A stretch of 64,000 nt of DNA from an uncultured Rhodospirillaceae bacterium (GCA_963977005.1 CAXBMQ010000024.1:1050-65049), one strand, 5' to 3'. Numbered from the stretch's first letter, positions 40,068 to 49,967 are shown. The notes: generated by a model from the letters alone, not told the origin. Translations and numbers: made by a program.

Positions 40068-40997
40068 TCACGTCAGCGGAAACGGTTCCTGCTCGCCCGC
40101 ATGCAGCGCGAAACAGGCCCCCATGCCCGCAGCGGGTGCGACAAGGATGCAATCCCCGCTTTCGCCGATCAACGGCACATCCGCCGCTGCCAGAAAGGAC
40201 CTGGTCGCGCCGATATCGGCACTTCGGATAGAGACAGCCGCGATGAACGGCATGCTGGGAATGTCTATGCCCGGCAGAAGGCGTCGGCACGCCGCGGAAT
40301 CGCAGATTGTCAGGCGCCCGCGGTCAAGATCGATTCTGAACCCTCCACCGTCCGCCTTGCGGGGCTTGCCGGTGAAACGCTCGTACCGGATCGCCGCTTC
40401 TTCAGGGTCGTCGGCACAAATCAGCAGCCCCGACAGCATATCGAGGCTGTTTTCGTGCGCCGTGACCGACGGCTGCCATACCACGTCCGGCGTGTCCTGG
40501 CTCAACACCTGAACCCGGCCCTCCGCCATGGCATCGGACGGCAAGCGGATCACCGAAAACGCGGCCGTCCCCTCGCCCCCGGCATCGAGCGGCATCGGAC
40601 GCCGCAGGGCGATCGGCGGTTCGGGCGCGAAACCGGCCTCTCTGAGTTTTGCCGTCGCGGCATCCGTATCGCCGACCGTAAACGCGATCAGATGCAGCCC
40701 CGTATACCGCGCAAGGCCGGCATCCATCTGCGCGGTGATCGCGGATTCCACTTCCGGCACCCGGGTAAGTATTTCCAGATACCCCCGGCGGATCATCGCA
40801 CATCTGTTGGCAGTGCCGGACGGCACACGGCTGCCGTCAGGCTGTTCGTTCATGTGGACGGTAAAAGGCGTCAGCGGGAAGCCGAGACGATTGAACGCAT
40901 CGGACGCCGCGTCCATGTCGGGGACAAACCAGCCGACATGGTCGAGGAATATCTGACCCGCCTGCGGGGTCTGAGGTTCGTTCGAATGTTCTGTCAT
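40068..40997 (-). CDS. VOC/Glyoxalase_3 family protein
   Basis: LDHVGWFV, LGFPLTP, GTANRC, GYLEIL, GLHLIAF. Confidence 0.82.
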   Translation of the reverse strand: MTEHSNEPQTPQAGQIFLDHVGWFVPDMDAASDAFNRLGFPLTPFTVHMNEQPDGSRVPSGTANRCAMIRRGYLEILTRVPEVESAITAQMDAGLARYTGLHLIAFTVGDTDAATAKLREAGFAPEPPIALRRPMPLDAGGEGTAAFSVIRLPSDAMAEGRVQVLSQDTPDVVWQPSVTAHENSLDMLSGLLICADDPEEAAIRYERFTGKPRKADGGGFRIDLDRGRLTICDSAACRRLLPGIDIPSMPFIAAVSIRSADIGATRSFLAAADVPLIGESGDCILVAPAAGMGACFALHAGEQEPFPLT

Positions 40998-41297
40998 ATT
41001 GGCCTCAGAATAGCGTTGGATCCCTGAAATGTCCCGCCCGAGGGTACCAGCGACACGAATCCTTCCCCGATGTCCGGCGTAGACACGATTCGGCCCTGCG
41101 GATAGACTTTTTGCACAAAAAAGCGGCAATCAATCCGCTACCAGCCGACGTCCAGTTGCGGGGGCGCCCGACCGGTCGAAACTCCGACCCAAGGGCGGCA
41201 ACGGACGATCAACATTCCCGGGACAACCGAAAAACAAAAAGCCGACCGCCCTGCGACTGCGCCGGACGGAACCAAAAGGGAAGTAACGGGGAAAACC

Positions 41298-42665
41298 ATG
41301 GCTGATGCCAATCAATTGAGAGATCCGAACTACAAGCCACCGCTTGCCGAGGCCGTACCGCTCGGGATACAGCACGTTCTGGCGATGTTTGCCGGGAATA
41401 TAACCGTCCCGCTGATTGTCGCCCTTGCCGCCGGACCGCAATACATAACGGTCCTTGTCCAGATTGCGCTTCTTGCCGCCGGCGTCGCGACGCTAATCCA
41501 GACGGTCGGTATCGGGCCGGTCGGATCCCGCCTGCCTATCGTGCAGGGTACCAGCTTTGCCTATATCGGCATTCTGACCGGTGCCCTGAAGGGGGGCGCG
41601 ACACTCGCCGCCGTGTTCGGCGCTTCGCTGGTCGGGGGTCTTTTCCAGATGGTGCTCGGCTATTTCATCCCGCAGATACGCAAATGGATCCCGGCCCTGG
41701 TGTCGGGCGTCGTCGTCATGACAATCGGCTTTACCCTGCTGCCGGTCGGTATCAAGTATTCCGCCGGCTGCGGCGCCTATCCGGCTCCGTTCTGCAAAGC
41801 GGGCGGTTTCGGCGATTCATCGCACTGGCTGCTGGCCCTGTTCGTCATCCTGATCACGTTGCTGATACGGCGATACGGCAGGGGCATATGGTCGACGGCC
41901 TCGATTTTTCTCGGCCTCGTCGTCGGGTATGTCGTTGCCATTCCCTTCGGGATGGTCAACGCCAAGAAGGCCGACGCCATCAGTAGCGCAAGCTGGTTCG
42001 GGCTGCCGGATACGCATTTCGGCCTGGAATTCACAACACCTGCCGCCATCGGACTGATCGGTCTGATGTGCATCATGGCGTTTATCACAACCATCGAGAC
42101 GGTCGGCGACATCTCCGGCGTAACGATGGGCGGTGCCGACAGGGAACCGACGGACAAGGAACTGAAAGGCGGGGTCATGGCAGACGGACTCGGCTCGGCA
42201 GTCGTCGCACTGTTTGGCGGGCTGCCGAACACGTCCTACAGCCAGAATGTCGGCCTGGTATCCTTCACAAAGATGATGAGCCGGCACGTGGTGACGATCG
42301 GCGCGTTCTTCCTGATCCTGTGCGGGTTGATGCCTAAACTGGCGGCCGTTATTGCCGCCATGCCGGAACCGGTCCTGGGCGGCGCTGCGATCGTCATGTT
42401 CGGGATGATCGTTGCCGCCGGAATGAAGCTGGTCGGACAATCCGGCTACACGACGCGCAACATGCTGATCGTGGCGATCTCCCTCGGGCTCGGGCTCGGG
42501 TTGTGGCAGGTGAACCAGCTTGCGACGATGGCGAAATTCGGCCCTCTACCGGCCGACCTGCTGCCGGCGTGGTCGGTGCCGCTCTTTGTGTCGGGCATTG
42601 TCGTATCGGGGCTGTGTGCCGCGATCATGAACGCCGTGATGCCGCACGAAGAAGAAGCGGGCTGA
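41298..42665 (+). CDS. Nucleobase:cation symporter-2 (xanthine/uracil permease)
   Basis: GIQHVLAMF, LPIVQGTSF, IETVGD, NAT signature SQNVGLVSFT, PEPVLGG. Confidence 0.93.
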   Translation: MADANQLRDPNYKPPLAEAVPLGIQHVLAMFAGNITVPLIVALAAGPQYITVLVQIALLAAGVATLIQTVGIGPVGSRLPIVQGTSFAYIGILTGALKGGATLAAVFGASLVGGLFQMVLGYFIPQIRKWIPALVSGVVVMTIGFTLLPVGIKYSAGCGAYPAPFCKAGGFGDSSHWLLALFVILITLLIRRYGRGIWSTASIFLGLVVGYVVAIPFGMVNAKKADAISSASWFGLPDTHFGLEFTTPAAIGLIGLMCIMAFITTIETVGDISGVTMGGADREPTDKELKGGVMADGLGSAVVALFGGLPNTSYSQNVGLVSFTKMMSRHVVTIGAFFLILCGLMPKLAAVIAAMPEPVLGGAAIVMFGMIVAAGMKLVGQSGYTTRNMLIVAISLGLGLGLWQVNQLATMAKFGPLPADLLPAWSVPLFVSGIVVSGLCAAIMNAVMPHEEEAG

Positions 42666-42676
42666 CACAAGCGCCC

Positions 42677-42719
42677 AAAAAAACACCCCGGGCCACTGAT
42701 CGTGGTCCGGGGTTTTTTG
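42677..42719. terminator. Bidirectional terminator
   Basis: A-run, CCCCGGGCCAC-tgatc-GTGGTCCGGGG, T-run, between convergent genes. Confidence 0.8.
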
Positions 42720-42742
42720 CTCTCTTGGTCGTCGCGGGCCGG

Positions 42743-45700
42743 TCAGACGATCCAGACACCGGTGTCGACATCGCTCGTGGTCACGTTCTGCAAGGTCACA
42801 AGCGTCTGCGGCGAACCCGCACCGCCTGCGCCGTCGCTATCGATCTGGACCAGGGTATCGGCGCCCGACTGCGTCAACTGGACGATACCGTCGCCGAACG
42901 CGTCACTGCCGGTATAGCCGAGGTTCGCCATCAGCTGGCTGAGATCCAGGGTATCGACCTGGCCATTGGTCGCGAAATCGGTGATCGTATCGCCGCGGTC
43001 GCTCAAATGCTCATAGACGAAGGTATCCGCACCCGCACCGCCGGACATGGTGTCCTCTGAAGCACCGCCAAACAGCGTGTCTTCACCGTCATGGCCGAAC
43101 ATCCGGTCGCGGCCGGCACCGCCGTTGACAATATCGTCACCATCGCCGCCCAGCATCCAGTCGTTGCCGCCCTCGCCGTTGAGCGTATCGTTGCCGGCAT
43201 CGCCCTGGATGTGATCGCCGCCGTCGCCGGAGTTGATCACGTCATTCCCGGCGCCGCCATAGAGGGCATCGAACTGGGCGCCGCCGTTCAGCGTATCCGC
43301 ACCATCGCCGCCGCGCAGCGTATCGAGCCCGCCATTCCCGGTCAGTACATTGTCGCCCGAATTACCGACGATGGTTTCGCCAAGTGCGGTACCCGTTCCG
43401 TCGATATTACCGGTACCCGTAAGATTGAGCGCCTCGACATTCGCACCGAGCGTCCAGGAGACGGAGGATTCGATCGTATCGAACCCTTCGCCAGCGTTTT
43501 CAACCAACGTATCTTCCAGGCCGTCGACAACATAGGTATCGTCACCCAGACCGCCGGTCAGCGTATCGATACCGGCACCGCCATCCATGCGGTCGTTGCC
43601 GTCACCGCCATTCAGAACATCCGCGCCGAGACCGCCCAGCAGAACATCGTCGCCGGCACCGCCAATCAGCGTATCGTCGCCGTCAAGACCCGACAGGGTG
43701 TTGGCCCCGTCATTACCGGTAATGGCGTTTGCGGCCTCATTGCCCGTGCCGTCGATATCCGCAACGCCGGTCAGTTCCAGGTTTTCGGTATGCGCTTCCA
43801 GCGTACGATCGATCGAAGACCTGACCGTGTCGTTACCTTCGTCGGCATTTTCGACAATCGTATCCGCGACATGGTCGACAACATACGTATCGTCGCCGGT
43901 CCCGCCGGTCATCGTGTCCCGTCCCGTGCCGCCGTCGAGCGTATCGTCGCCGGCGTTCCCGAACATGCGATCGACGCCGTCGCCGCCATCCAGGATGTCA
44001 TTGCCCTCGCCAGCGACCATCCAGTCGTTGCCGCCATTGCCATACAACGTGTCGTTGCCGGCATCGCCCTGAACATGGTCGCTGCCGTCGCCACCCGCGA
44101 CAATATCGTCGCCGTCGCCGCCGAAGAGCGTATCGTTGCCGCCACCACCGCTGATGGTGTCGTTGCCGCCGCCACCGTTGAGGATATCGTTCCCCTCCAG
44201 CCCTTCGATGAACTCACCGACAATCGTACCCTCGAGTACGTCGTCGCCATCGCCGGCATCGACAGCCACGCCGACGAAATCGTTTTCTGTCAACGCAGTT
44301 TTCGCGACGCCGAGCAGGGTAATGGTCCCTTCGGACAGAGTAATCACCGACCGGTCGCCGAGATCCGTGGTCGCCGCCATGAGCTCTTCAAAGGTCCCGC
44401 CCCAGGCGCCGGAAAGATCGATGGTATCCGCCCCCGGCGTGAAGTCGGTCAGCGTGTCATTGCCGAAATTCAGCCCAACAGCGAATGTGTCACCGGCCGC
44501 GCCGCCGGTCAGCGTATCGTCACCCTCGCCGCCGTCGAGCCTGTTGGCACCGTCATTGCCGGAAATCGTATTGTCTTCCGCATTGCCGGTGCCCGCGAGA
44601 TCGCCCGCGCCCGTCAGTTCCAGGTTCTCGACATTGTCGCCAAGCGACCAGTCTACCGAAGACTGAACGGTATCGATGCCATTGCCGCCGGATTCGAGGA
44701 CCTTGTCCTGGGCTACGTCAACGACATAGGTATCGTTGCCGGCGCCGCCGATCATTGTATCGATATCGGAACCGCCATCGAGGATGTCGTCGCCGTCATT
44801 CCCCTGCAGCGTATCCTTGTCGGCACCGCCATTCAGCGTGTCATTTCCCTTGCCGCCGATCATCCAGTCATTACCGTTTTCGCCGTTCAGGACGTCGTTT
44901 CCTGAATCGCCCTGCAGGTGGTCGCCGCCGGCGCCGCCGTTCAGCGTATCGGCATCTGCGCCGCCATAGAGCATGTCGAACTGATCGCCGCCGGTCAGCG
45001 TATCGTCGCCGGCACCGCCGAACATAACGTCGTTTCCGCCATTGCCCGTCAGCGTATTCGCCCCGGTATTGCCGGTGATTTCGTTGCTGCCCGCGTTTCC
45101 GGCGCCATCGAGGTCGGCGTCTCCCGTGAGGACAAGGTTTTCGACATTCGCATCAAGCGTGGCCGAGACCGATGCCTGGACGGTATCGTCTCCCTCACCC
45201 GCAAGCTCGGACACGCTGTCGCCGGCATTGTCGACGATATAAGTATCGTCGCCCGCGCCGCCATTCATGGCGTCCGCGCCTTCGCCGCCGTCCAGGCGGT
45301 CGTCACCGGCGCCGCCGTTCAGCGTGTCGTCGCCTTCACCGCCTACCAGCGTATTGTCGCCATCATCGCCGTTGAGCGTCACAGCTGCGGGCTTTTCCGG
45401 AACACCGGGGAAATTGGAAACAGACAGGTCGGCCTTCGCCAGGCCGTTCAGCGTAATTGTGCCGTCGCCGATCGAGATGACGGTATTGCCGCCAATTTCT
45501 GTCGCCGCATCCATCAGGTCGTCGAACGTACCCGTCCAGACGCCCGAGACATCGAGTTTATCGCTCTCCGCTGCAAAGTCCGTCACGGTGTCGTCCCCGA
45601 ACCCCGCGTCGAAAACGAAGGTATCGTTGCCGCGTCCACCGGTCAGAACATTGTCCCCGGTATTGCCGGTCAGAACATTGTCCTGCGACGTCCCCTTGCC

Positions 45701-46615
45701 GTCGATGTCGGCATCGCCGGTCAGCGTAAGGTTTTCGATGTTGTGCTTCAGGGTCCAGTCGACGGACGATTCCACCGTATCTGTGCCCTCGCCCTTCCGT
45801 TCGGAAATACGATCGCGCACGTTGTCGACGATATAGGTATCGTCGCCGGCGCCGCCCCGCATGCCGTCGCGTCCGGATCCGCCGTCGAGCATATCGTCGC
45901 CGCGGCCACCGATGAGTGTGTCGTTGCCGGCACCGCCCTCAAGGATGTCGTCGCCATCATCGCCGGTCAGCCTGTCATTGCCCGCATCGCCCTTCAGAAT
46001 GTCGTTATCGGCACCGCCATACAGCTTGTCGTTGTCGGCACCGCCAACGAGCGTGTCTTCGCCCGCCTGTCCATACATACGATCGTTGCCGGTTCCGCCG
46101 TCGAGGCTGTCATTGCCGTCGCCGCCGTACATCCGGTCATTACCCGAACCGCCTTCAAGCGTGTCATTGCCGGCACCGCCGGACAACTTGTCATGTCCGG
46201 CGCCGCCAATCAGGGTGTCATTACCCTCGCCGCCGTTCAGCTGGTCGTTCCCCGTACCGCCGTCCAGCCTGTCATCGCCGGCATCGCCGTACATTTTGTC
46301 GTTGCCGCGACCACCATTCAACGTATCGGCGCCGTCGCCGCCATACATCCTGTCATTTCCGGAGCCGCCATCCATGCTGTCGTCACCGTCGCGACCGTAC
46401 ATACGGTCATGACCCGCGCCGCCCGATATCGTGTTGTCGGCTTCGTCGCCGTGAAGACGATCGTTGCCGCGGCCGCCGTTGATCGCATCCGGCGCGGTGG
46501 CTTCTTCCGGCTGCTCGCCATTGACCCGCGCCTTAATCGTTTCGATCAGACTGCGGATAAAGCTACCGGTGCTGAAACTGCTGAAGAAACTGCTGAAGCT
46601 GAAATTCCAGAACAT
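42743..46615 (-). CDS. RTX calcium-binding repeat protein (T1SS substrate; adhesin/S-layer-like)
   Basis: Dozens of GGxGxDxLx nonapeptides, GDDTYVVD/VENLxL modules, C-terminal DTITDF...IDSDG T1SS-target-like domain, no Sec signal. Confidence 0.92.
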   Translation of the reverse strand: MFWNFSFSSFFSSFSTGSFIRSLIETIKARVNGEQPEEATAPDAINGGRGNDRLHGDEADNTISGGAGHDRMYGRDGDDSMDGGSGNDRMYGGDGADTLNGGRGNDKMYGDAGDDRLDGGTGNDQLNGGEGNDTLIGGAGHDKLSGGAGNDTLEGGSGNDRMYGGDGNDSLDGGTGNDRMYGQAGEDTLVGGADNDKLYGGADNDILKGDAGNDRLTGDDGDDILEGGAGNDTLIGGRGDDMLDGGSGRDGMRGGAGDDTYIVDNVRDRISERKGEGTDTVESSVDWTLKHNIENLTLTGDADIDGKGTSQDNVLTGNTGDNVLTGGRGNDTFVFDAGFGDDTVTDFAAESDKLDVSGVWTGTFDDLMDAATEIGGNTVISIGDGTITLNGLAKADLSVSNFPGVPEKPAAVTLNGDDGDNTLVGGEGDDTLNGGAGDDRLDGGEGADAMNGGAGDDTYIVDNAGDSVSELAGEGDDTVQASVSATLDANVENLVLTGDADLDGAGNAGSNEITGNTGANTLTGNGGNDVMFGGAGDDTLTGGDQFDMLYGGADADTLNGGAGGDHLQGDSGNDVLNGENGNDWMIGGKGNDTLNGGADKDTLQGNDGDDILDGGSDIDTMIGGAGNDTYVVDVAQDKVLESGGNGIDTVQSSVDWSLGDNVENLELTGAGDLAGTGNAEDNTISGNDGANRLDGGEGDDTLTGGAAGDTFAVGLNFGNDTLTDFTPGADTIDLSGAWGGTFEELMAATTDLGDRSVITLSEGTITLLGVAKTALTENDFVGVAVDAGDGDDVLEGTIVGEFIEGLEGNDILNGGGGNDTISGGGGNDTLFGGDGDDIVAGGDGSDHVQGDAGNDTLYGNGGNDWMVAGEGNDILDGGDGVDRMFGNAGDDTLDGGTGRDTMTGGTGDDTYVVDHVADTIVENADEGNDTVRSSIDRTLEAHTENLELTGVADIDGTGNEAANAITGNDGANTLSGLDGDDTLIGGAGDDVLLGGLGADVLNGGDGNDRMDGGAGIDTLTGGLGDDTYVVDGLEDTLVENAGEGFDTIESSVSWTLGANVEALNLTGTGNIDGTGTALGETIVGNSGDNVLTGNGGLDTLRGGDGADTLNGGAQFDALYGGAGNDVINSGDGGDHIQGDAGNDTLNGEGGNDWMLGGDGDDIVNGGAGRDRMFGHDGEDTLFGGASEDTMSGGAGADTFVYEHLSDRGDTITDFATNGQVDTLDLSQLMANLGYTGSDAFGDGIVQLTQSGADTLVQIDSDGAGGAGSPQTLVTLQNVTTSDVDTGVWIV

Positions 46616-47158
46616 AACTACCTGCCTTGCTTGCTACTGACTGCCTGTGCGCCGCTGGGCTTCCTTATCCGTCGCAACCGCACTTCGATCTACTTGACCC
46701 TGCAAAGATACATACGACCACACAGAAACTCAAGTAATAAATCGAATAAAACGGAACTATCGTATCTAACACTTTTCAATATTGGATAAAATTTTATTCA
46801 TTACACTAATAATCATTATTATATAAAATTTTATCTACATTTTATTTCGAATTTTACACAGAAAATACCTTCCGACACCGGGGCATTCCAATGTTTACGG
46901 GACCCGATCGGAGGTCTTGCCGGCTCCATATCCGAAAATCCGCGCTAACCCCCAAGTGTCGGTAAAATTCGTAAATAATCCGATAAGCATATTCATAAAC
47001 ATCTCCTCAACCAGAATTCCTCATGCCCCGCCCCAAAAAGAACCGTCCGTTGGGCCTCACCGCCCATGACACATACAATTTCTTGTAATCGCCCCTTTTC
47101 TGCGCCAACCTTCACGCCCCAACAATGAAACGGGCCAAAGCCCATACGGGAGGAAACA

Positions 47159-48196
47159 ATGAAACAACCGATTATTACCGCCCTTGCGGCGTTTGCCGTC
47201 GCAGGTTCCGCACTCGCGGCCCCGGCCGCAGCCGATGTTCTTGCAGACAAATACGCCGGGAAGACGATTACGATTATTTACGGTTACGGCGCCGGTGGCA
47301 CCTACGGCAAGACATCGCTTCTTCTCAGCCGCTATCTGGGCAACAACATTCCCGGAAACCCGACTGTAATCACCAAGTCGATGCCCGGCGCGGGCGGCCT
47401 GAAATCAGCGAACTACGCCTTCAACGCCATGCCCAAGGGCGGGCTTTACATGCTGATGCCGCCGGACATGTCGTTGGTATCTCAGGTACTTCGCCCGGAA
47501 AAGGTGAAGTACGACGCCCGCAAATTCACCTGGCTCGGGCGGGTCTTCGGCTCGAATAACCTCATCGCCACGCGCCGGGATGCCGGCGCCGCCAACTACA
47601 AAGACGCCATGAAGACCGAAATAATCATGGGGTCAACAGGCAAGGGATCGCCCACGTTTATCGTGACGGCCCTCGCAAACGGCCTGCTCGGCACGAAATT
47701 CAAGATCGTATCGGGCTATAAGGGCTCTTCACGGGTTCGCCAGGCGATGGAACAGGGCGAGGTCAAAGGCGTCTCGCTGGCCTGGGCAGCATGGAAAAAC
47801 GGCCATCCGCAGTGGTTTGAAGGCGGCAGCAATTCGTTTGCCGTCGGACTGCTTCAAAGCGGCTTCACCCGCTCGCCCGACCTCCCGGACGTCCCGCTGA
47901 TACGCGAGCTTGCACAGGGCGCCGACGCCAAGGCAGCTGCGGACCTGATTGCGACGTCAAGCCTGATCGGCCGCGGGCTTCTTATGCCGCCCGGTACGCC
48001 GCAGGAACTCATCGATCCGCTGCGCGCCGCATTCTGGAAAACCGTGAATTCGCCGGCATTCATCGCCGACGCGAAAAAATCGAAACTTCCCCTGTCTCAG
48101 ATGAAGGGCGCCGAGATCCAGAAAACCGTCAATGAGATTCTGGGCATGTCGCCGGTTGCCATCAAAACCGCGCAAAAGGCGATCTTCGGCAAATAA
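47159..48196 (+). CDS. Tripartite tricarboxylate transporter substrate-binding protein (Bug/TctC)
   Basis: Signal peptide; GYGAGGTY, MPGAGG, VSGYKG, LPDVP; GGAGG RBS. Confidence 0.88.
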   Translation: MKQPIITALAAFAVAGSALAAPAAADVLADKYAGKTITIIYGYGAGGTYGKTSLLLSRYLGNNIPGNPTVITKSMPGAGGLKSANYAFNAMPKGGLYMLMPPDMSLVSQVLRPEKVKYDARKFTWLGRVFGSNNLIATRRDAGAANYKDAMKTEIIMGSTGKGSPTFIVTALANGLLGTKFKIVSGYKGSSRVRQAMEQGEVKGVSLAWAAWKNGHPQWFEGGSNSFAVGLLQSGFTRSPDLPDVPLIRELAQGADAKAAADLIATSSLIGRGLLMPPGTPQELIDPLRAAFWKTVNSPAFIADAKKSKLPLSQMKGAEIQKTVNEILGMSPVAIKTAQKAIFGK

Positions 48197-48233
48197 CGGA
48201 CCGCTTCGCACCAAGACAGGCAAACAGCCAACC

Positions 48234-48262
48234 GGGGCCGGCGGCAATCGCCGGCCCCGTTT
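48234..48262. terminator. Hairpin/terminator between convergent genes
   Basis: GGGGCCGGCG-gcaat-CGCCGGCCCC followed by a short T tract. Confidence 0.6.
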
Positions 48263-48301
48263 CCGTCTCGGGCCGGCCCATGCTGAAGTATTCGCCCCGA
48301 A

Positions 48302-48643
48302 CTAGGGAAGATCGACCCGGACAATAATTGCCGCCGTCGCGATCACTGCTCTGTCATCGCCGGCATCGGTTGGCACGTCCAGGCCACCGCTCTCGGCATT
48401 TACGGTGATCCGGCCGTAAGGCAGCGTTTTTGCCACGGCATCGGTATCGACCGCGGTCGGATCCTGGACGCCGACGGTCACCTCCACATGCATATCCTCC
48501 GGCGAAATGCCGAGGGATTTGATCATGGTCAGCGAACTGTGATGGATCGCGTCCTGCACCGCGCGAACCGCCGCCTTCGTATAATCACCGCCATGCAGGT
48601 CGTTCCCCATGCCGATTTCCAGCACCATACGTTTGAGCGCCAT
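48302..48643 (-). CDS. Lin0512 family protein
   Basis: LEIGMGNDLHGGDYTKAAVRAVQDAIHHSSL, LPYG, GGL. Confidence 0.85.
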   Translation of the reverse strand: MALKRMVLEIGMGNDLHGGDYTKAAVRAVQDAIHHSSLTMIKSLGISPEDMHVEVTVGVQDPTAVDTDAVAKTLPYGRITVNAESGGLDVPTDAGDDRAVIATAAIIVRVDLP

Positions 48644-48762
48644 TGTCCTTTTCCTCTTCATATATTCAGCCATACCCTGCACGCTTAAGCGTCAAATCGC
48701 AAAACCGGGTTGCCCCACCCGGAAACCCGGCTAGACTCCGACTGCATAACGAAGGCAGAACC

Positions 48763-49059
48763 ATGACCGATTACTGGCTGAGCAAGCTTTTTTTCGACAT
48801 CCAGTCGCCCGCCACCCTGGCGAAGTGGAAATCCGACCCCGAAAGTGTGCTGAAAGACTACCCAATCAGCGCGGAAATGCGCGCGGCAGTGCTTGCCGGG
48901 GATCTCGAAGCAATCGCGCCCCATGTGAACGCCTATCTCCTGCGCTTCTATTTCAGTATCTCCGGCATGAAAGACGACGAAATGCTCGCCCGACTGCACG
49001 CGATGAAGAGCGATCCGGAACAAGCCGCACTCAACGAGGGAAACACGCAACATGGCTGA
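48763..49059 (+). CDS. LigA-like small subunit of extradiol dioxygenase
   Basis: YWLSKLFFD...DPESVLKDY pattern; overlaps the start of the LigB-like gene. Confidence 0.7.
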   Translation: MTDYWLSKLFFDIQSPATLAKWKSDPESVLKDYPISAEMRAAVLAGDLEAIAPHVNAYLLRFYFSISGMKDDEMLARLHAMKSDPEQAALNEGNTQHG

Positions 49060-49885
49060 ATTCGTCGGCGCTTTTGCCGCTTCACATGGCCCGCTTATCG
49101 CCCGCGAATGGGACGTTCTGCCGGAAGGACCGAAAGCCAGACTTACATCCGCTTTCGACGAAACGGGACGACGCCTCAAAGCGCTCCAGCCCGATATTCT
49201 GGTGATGCTGTCGCCGGATCACTGGGTGAACTTCTTTATCGATAACCTGCCAAGCTTCTGCATCGGCATCGGCGAGGAACATGACGGCCCGCCGGAGCCG
49301 TTCATGCAGACGGTCTATCCGCACAAAACCCTTCCCGGTCACCCGGCATTTGGCCGGCACCTGCTGGAAACCGCCCTGAAAAGCGCCTTCGACCCGGCCG
49401 TGTCCCACCGGCTAAAGCTCGATCACGGGTTTTGCGTGCCGCTCTGGCGCATGGGTGTCGATCCGGCGCTGCCGATCGTGCCGGTCATCGTGAACCAGCT
49501 GGAAAGACCCCTGCCGACGCTGCGGCGCTGTATCGCCTGGGGAAAAATGCTGCGCAGGGCCATTGAAAGCTATCCGGGCGATGCCCGCGTTGCGGTTCTC
49601 GGAACCGGCGGTCTGAGCCACTCGATCGGCGAGCCGACCATGGGCGAGATCGATGAGCCGTTCGACCGGGTCTGCATCGACCTGTTCACCAATGCCGACG
49701 ACGATGCCCTGGCCGACGGACTGGAACGCGAACTGGCTTCGACCGGCAACGGCGCCGAGGAGGTCCGTGACTGGGTCATCGCCCATGCCGTCGCCGGTAG
49801 CCAGGGTTTCGACCTGATCGACTACACGCCGATCCCCGAAGTCTATATCGGCTGCGGCATGGCCGAGTGGCGGCCTGCGGCGTAA
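49052..49885 (+). CDS. Class III extradiol ring-cleavage dioxygenase (LigB/MhpB-like)
   Basis: ASHGP, SPDHW, LDHG, GTGGLSH, GAEEVRDW. Confidence 0.88.
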   Translation: MAEFVGAFAASHGPLIAREWDVLPEGPKARLTSAFDETGRRLKALQPDILVMLSPDHWVNFFIDNLPSFCIGIGEEHDGPPEPFMQTVYPHKTLPGHPAFGRHLLETALKSAFDPAVSHRLKLDHGFCVPLWRMGVDPALPIVPVIVNQLERPLPTLRRCIAWGKMLRRAIESYPGDARVAVLGTGGLSHSIGEPTMGEIDEPFDRVCIDLFTNADDDALADGLERELASTGNGAEEVRDWVIAHAVAGSQGFDLIDYTPIPEVYIGCGMAEWRPAA

Positions 49886-49907
49886 CGAAGACCAACACCC
49901 GGACAAC

Positions 49908-49937
49908 AAAAACCCCGGCGCAAAGCGCCGGGTTTTT
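49908..49937. terminator. Bidirectional terminator
   Basis: AAAAACCCCGGCGC-aaa-GCGCCGGGTTTTT. Confidence 0.8.
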
Positions 49938-49967
49938 CACCTGTGGGACTAGCACAGGGCTCAGGCG

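Noticed and set aside
42743-46500. Periodic DNA repeats as a CRISPR or tandem array
   Set aside because: Degenerate 27-bp coding repeats (RTX nonapeptides); no identical repeat-spacer structure and no cas genes
43091-46789. Long repetitive plus-strand ORFs (604 and 623 aa)
   Set aside because: Antisense shadows of the RTX repeats
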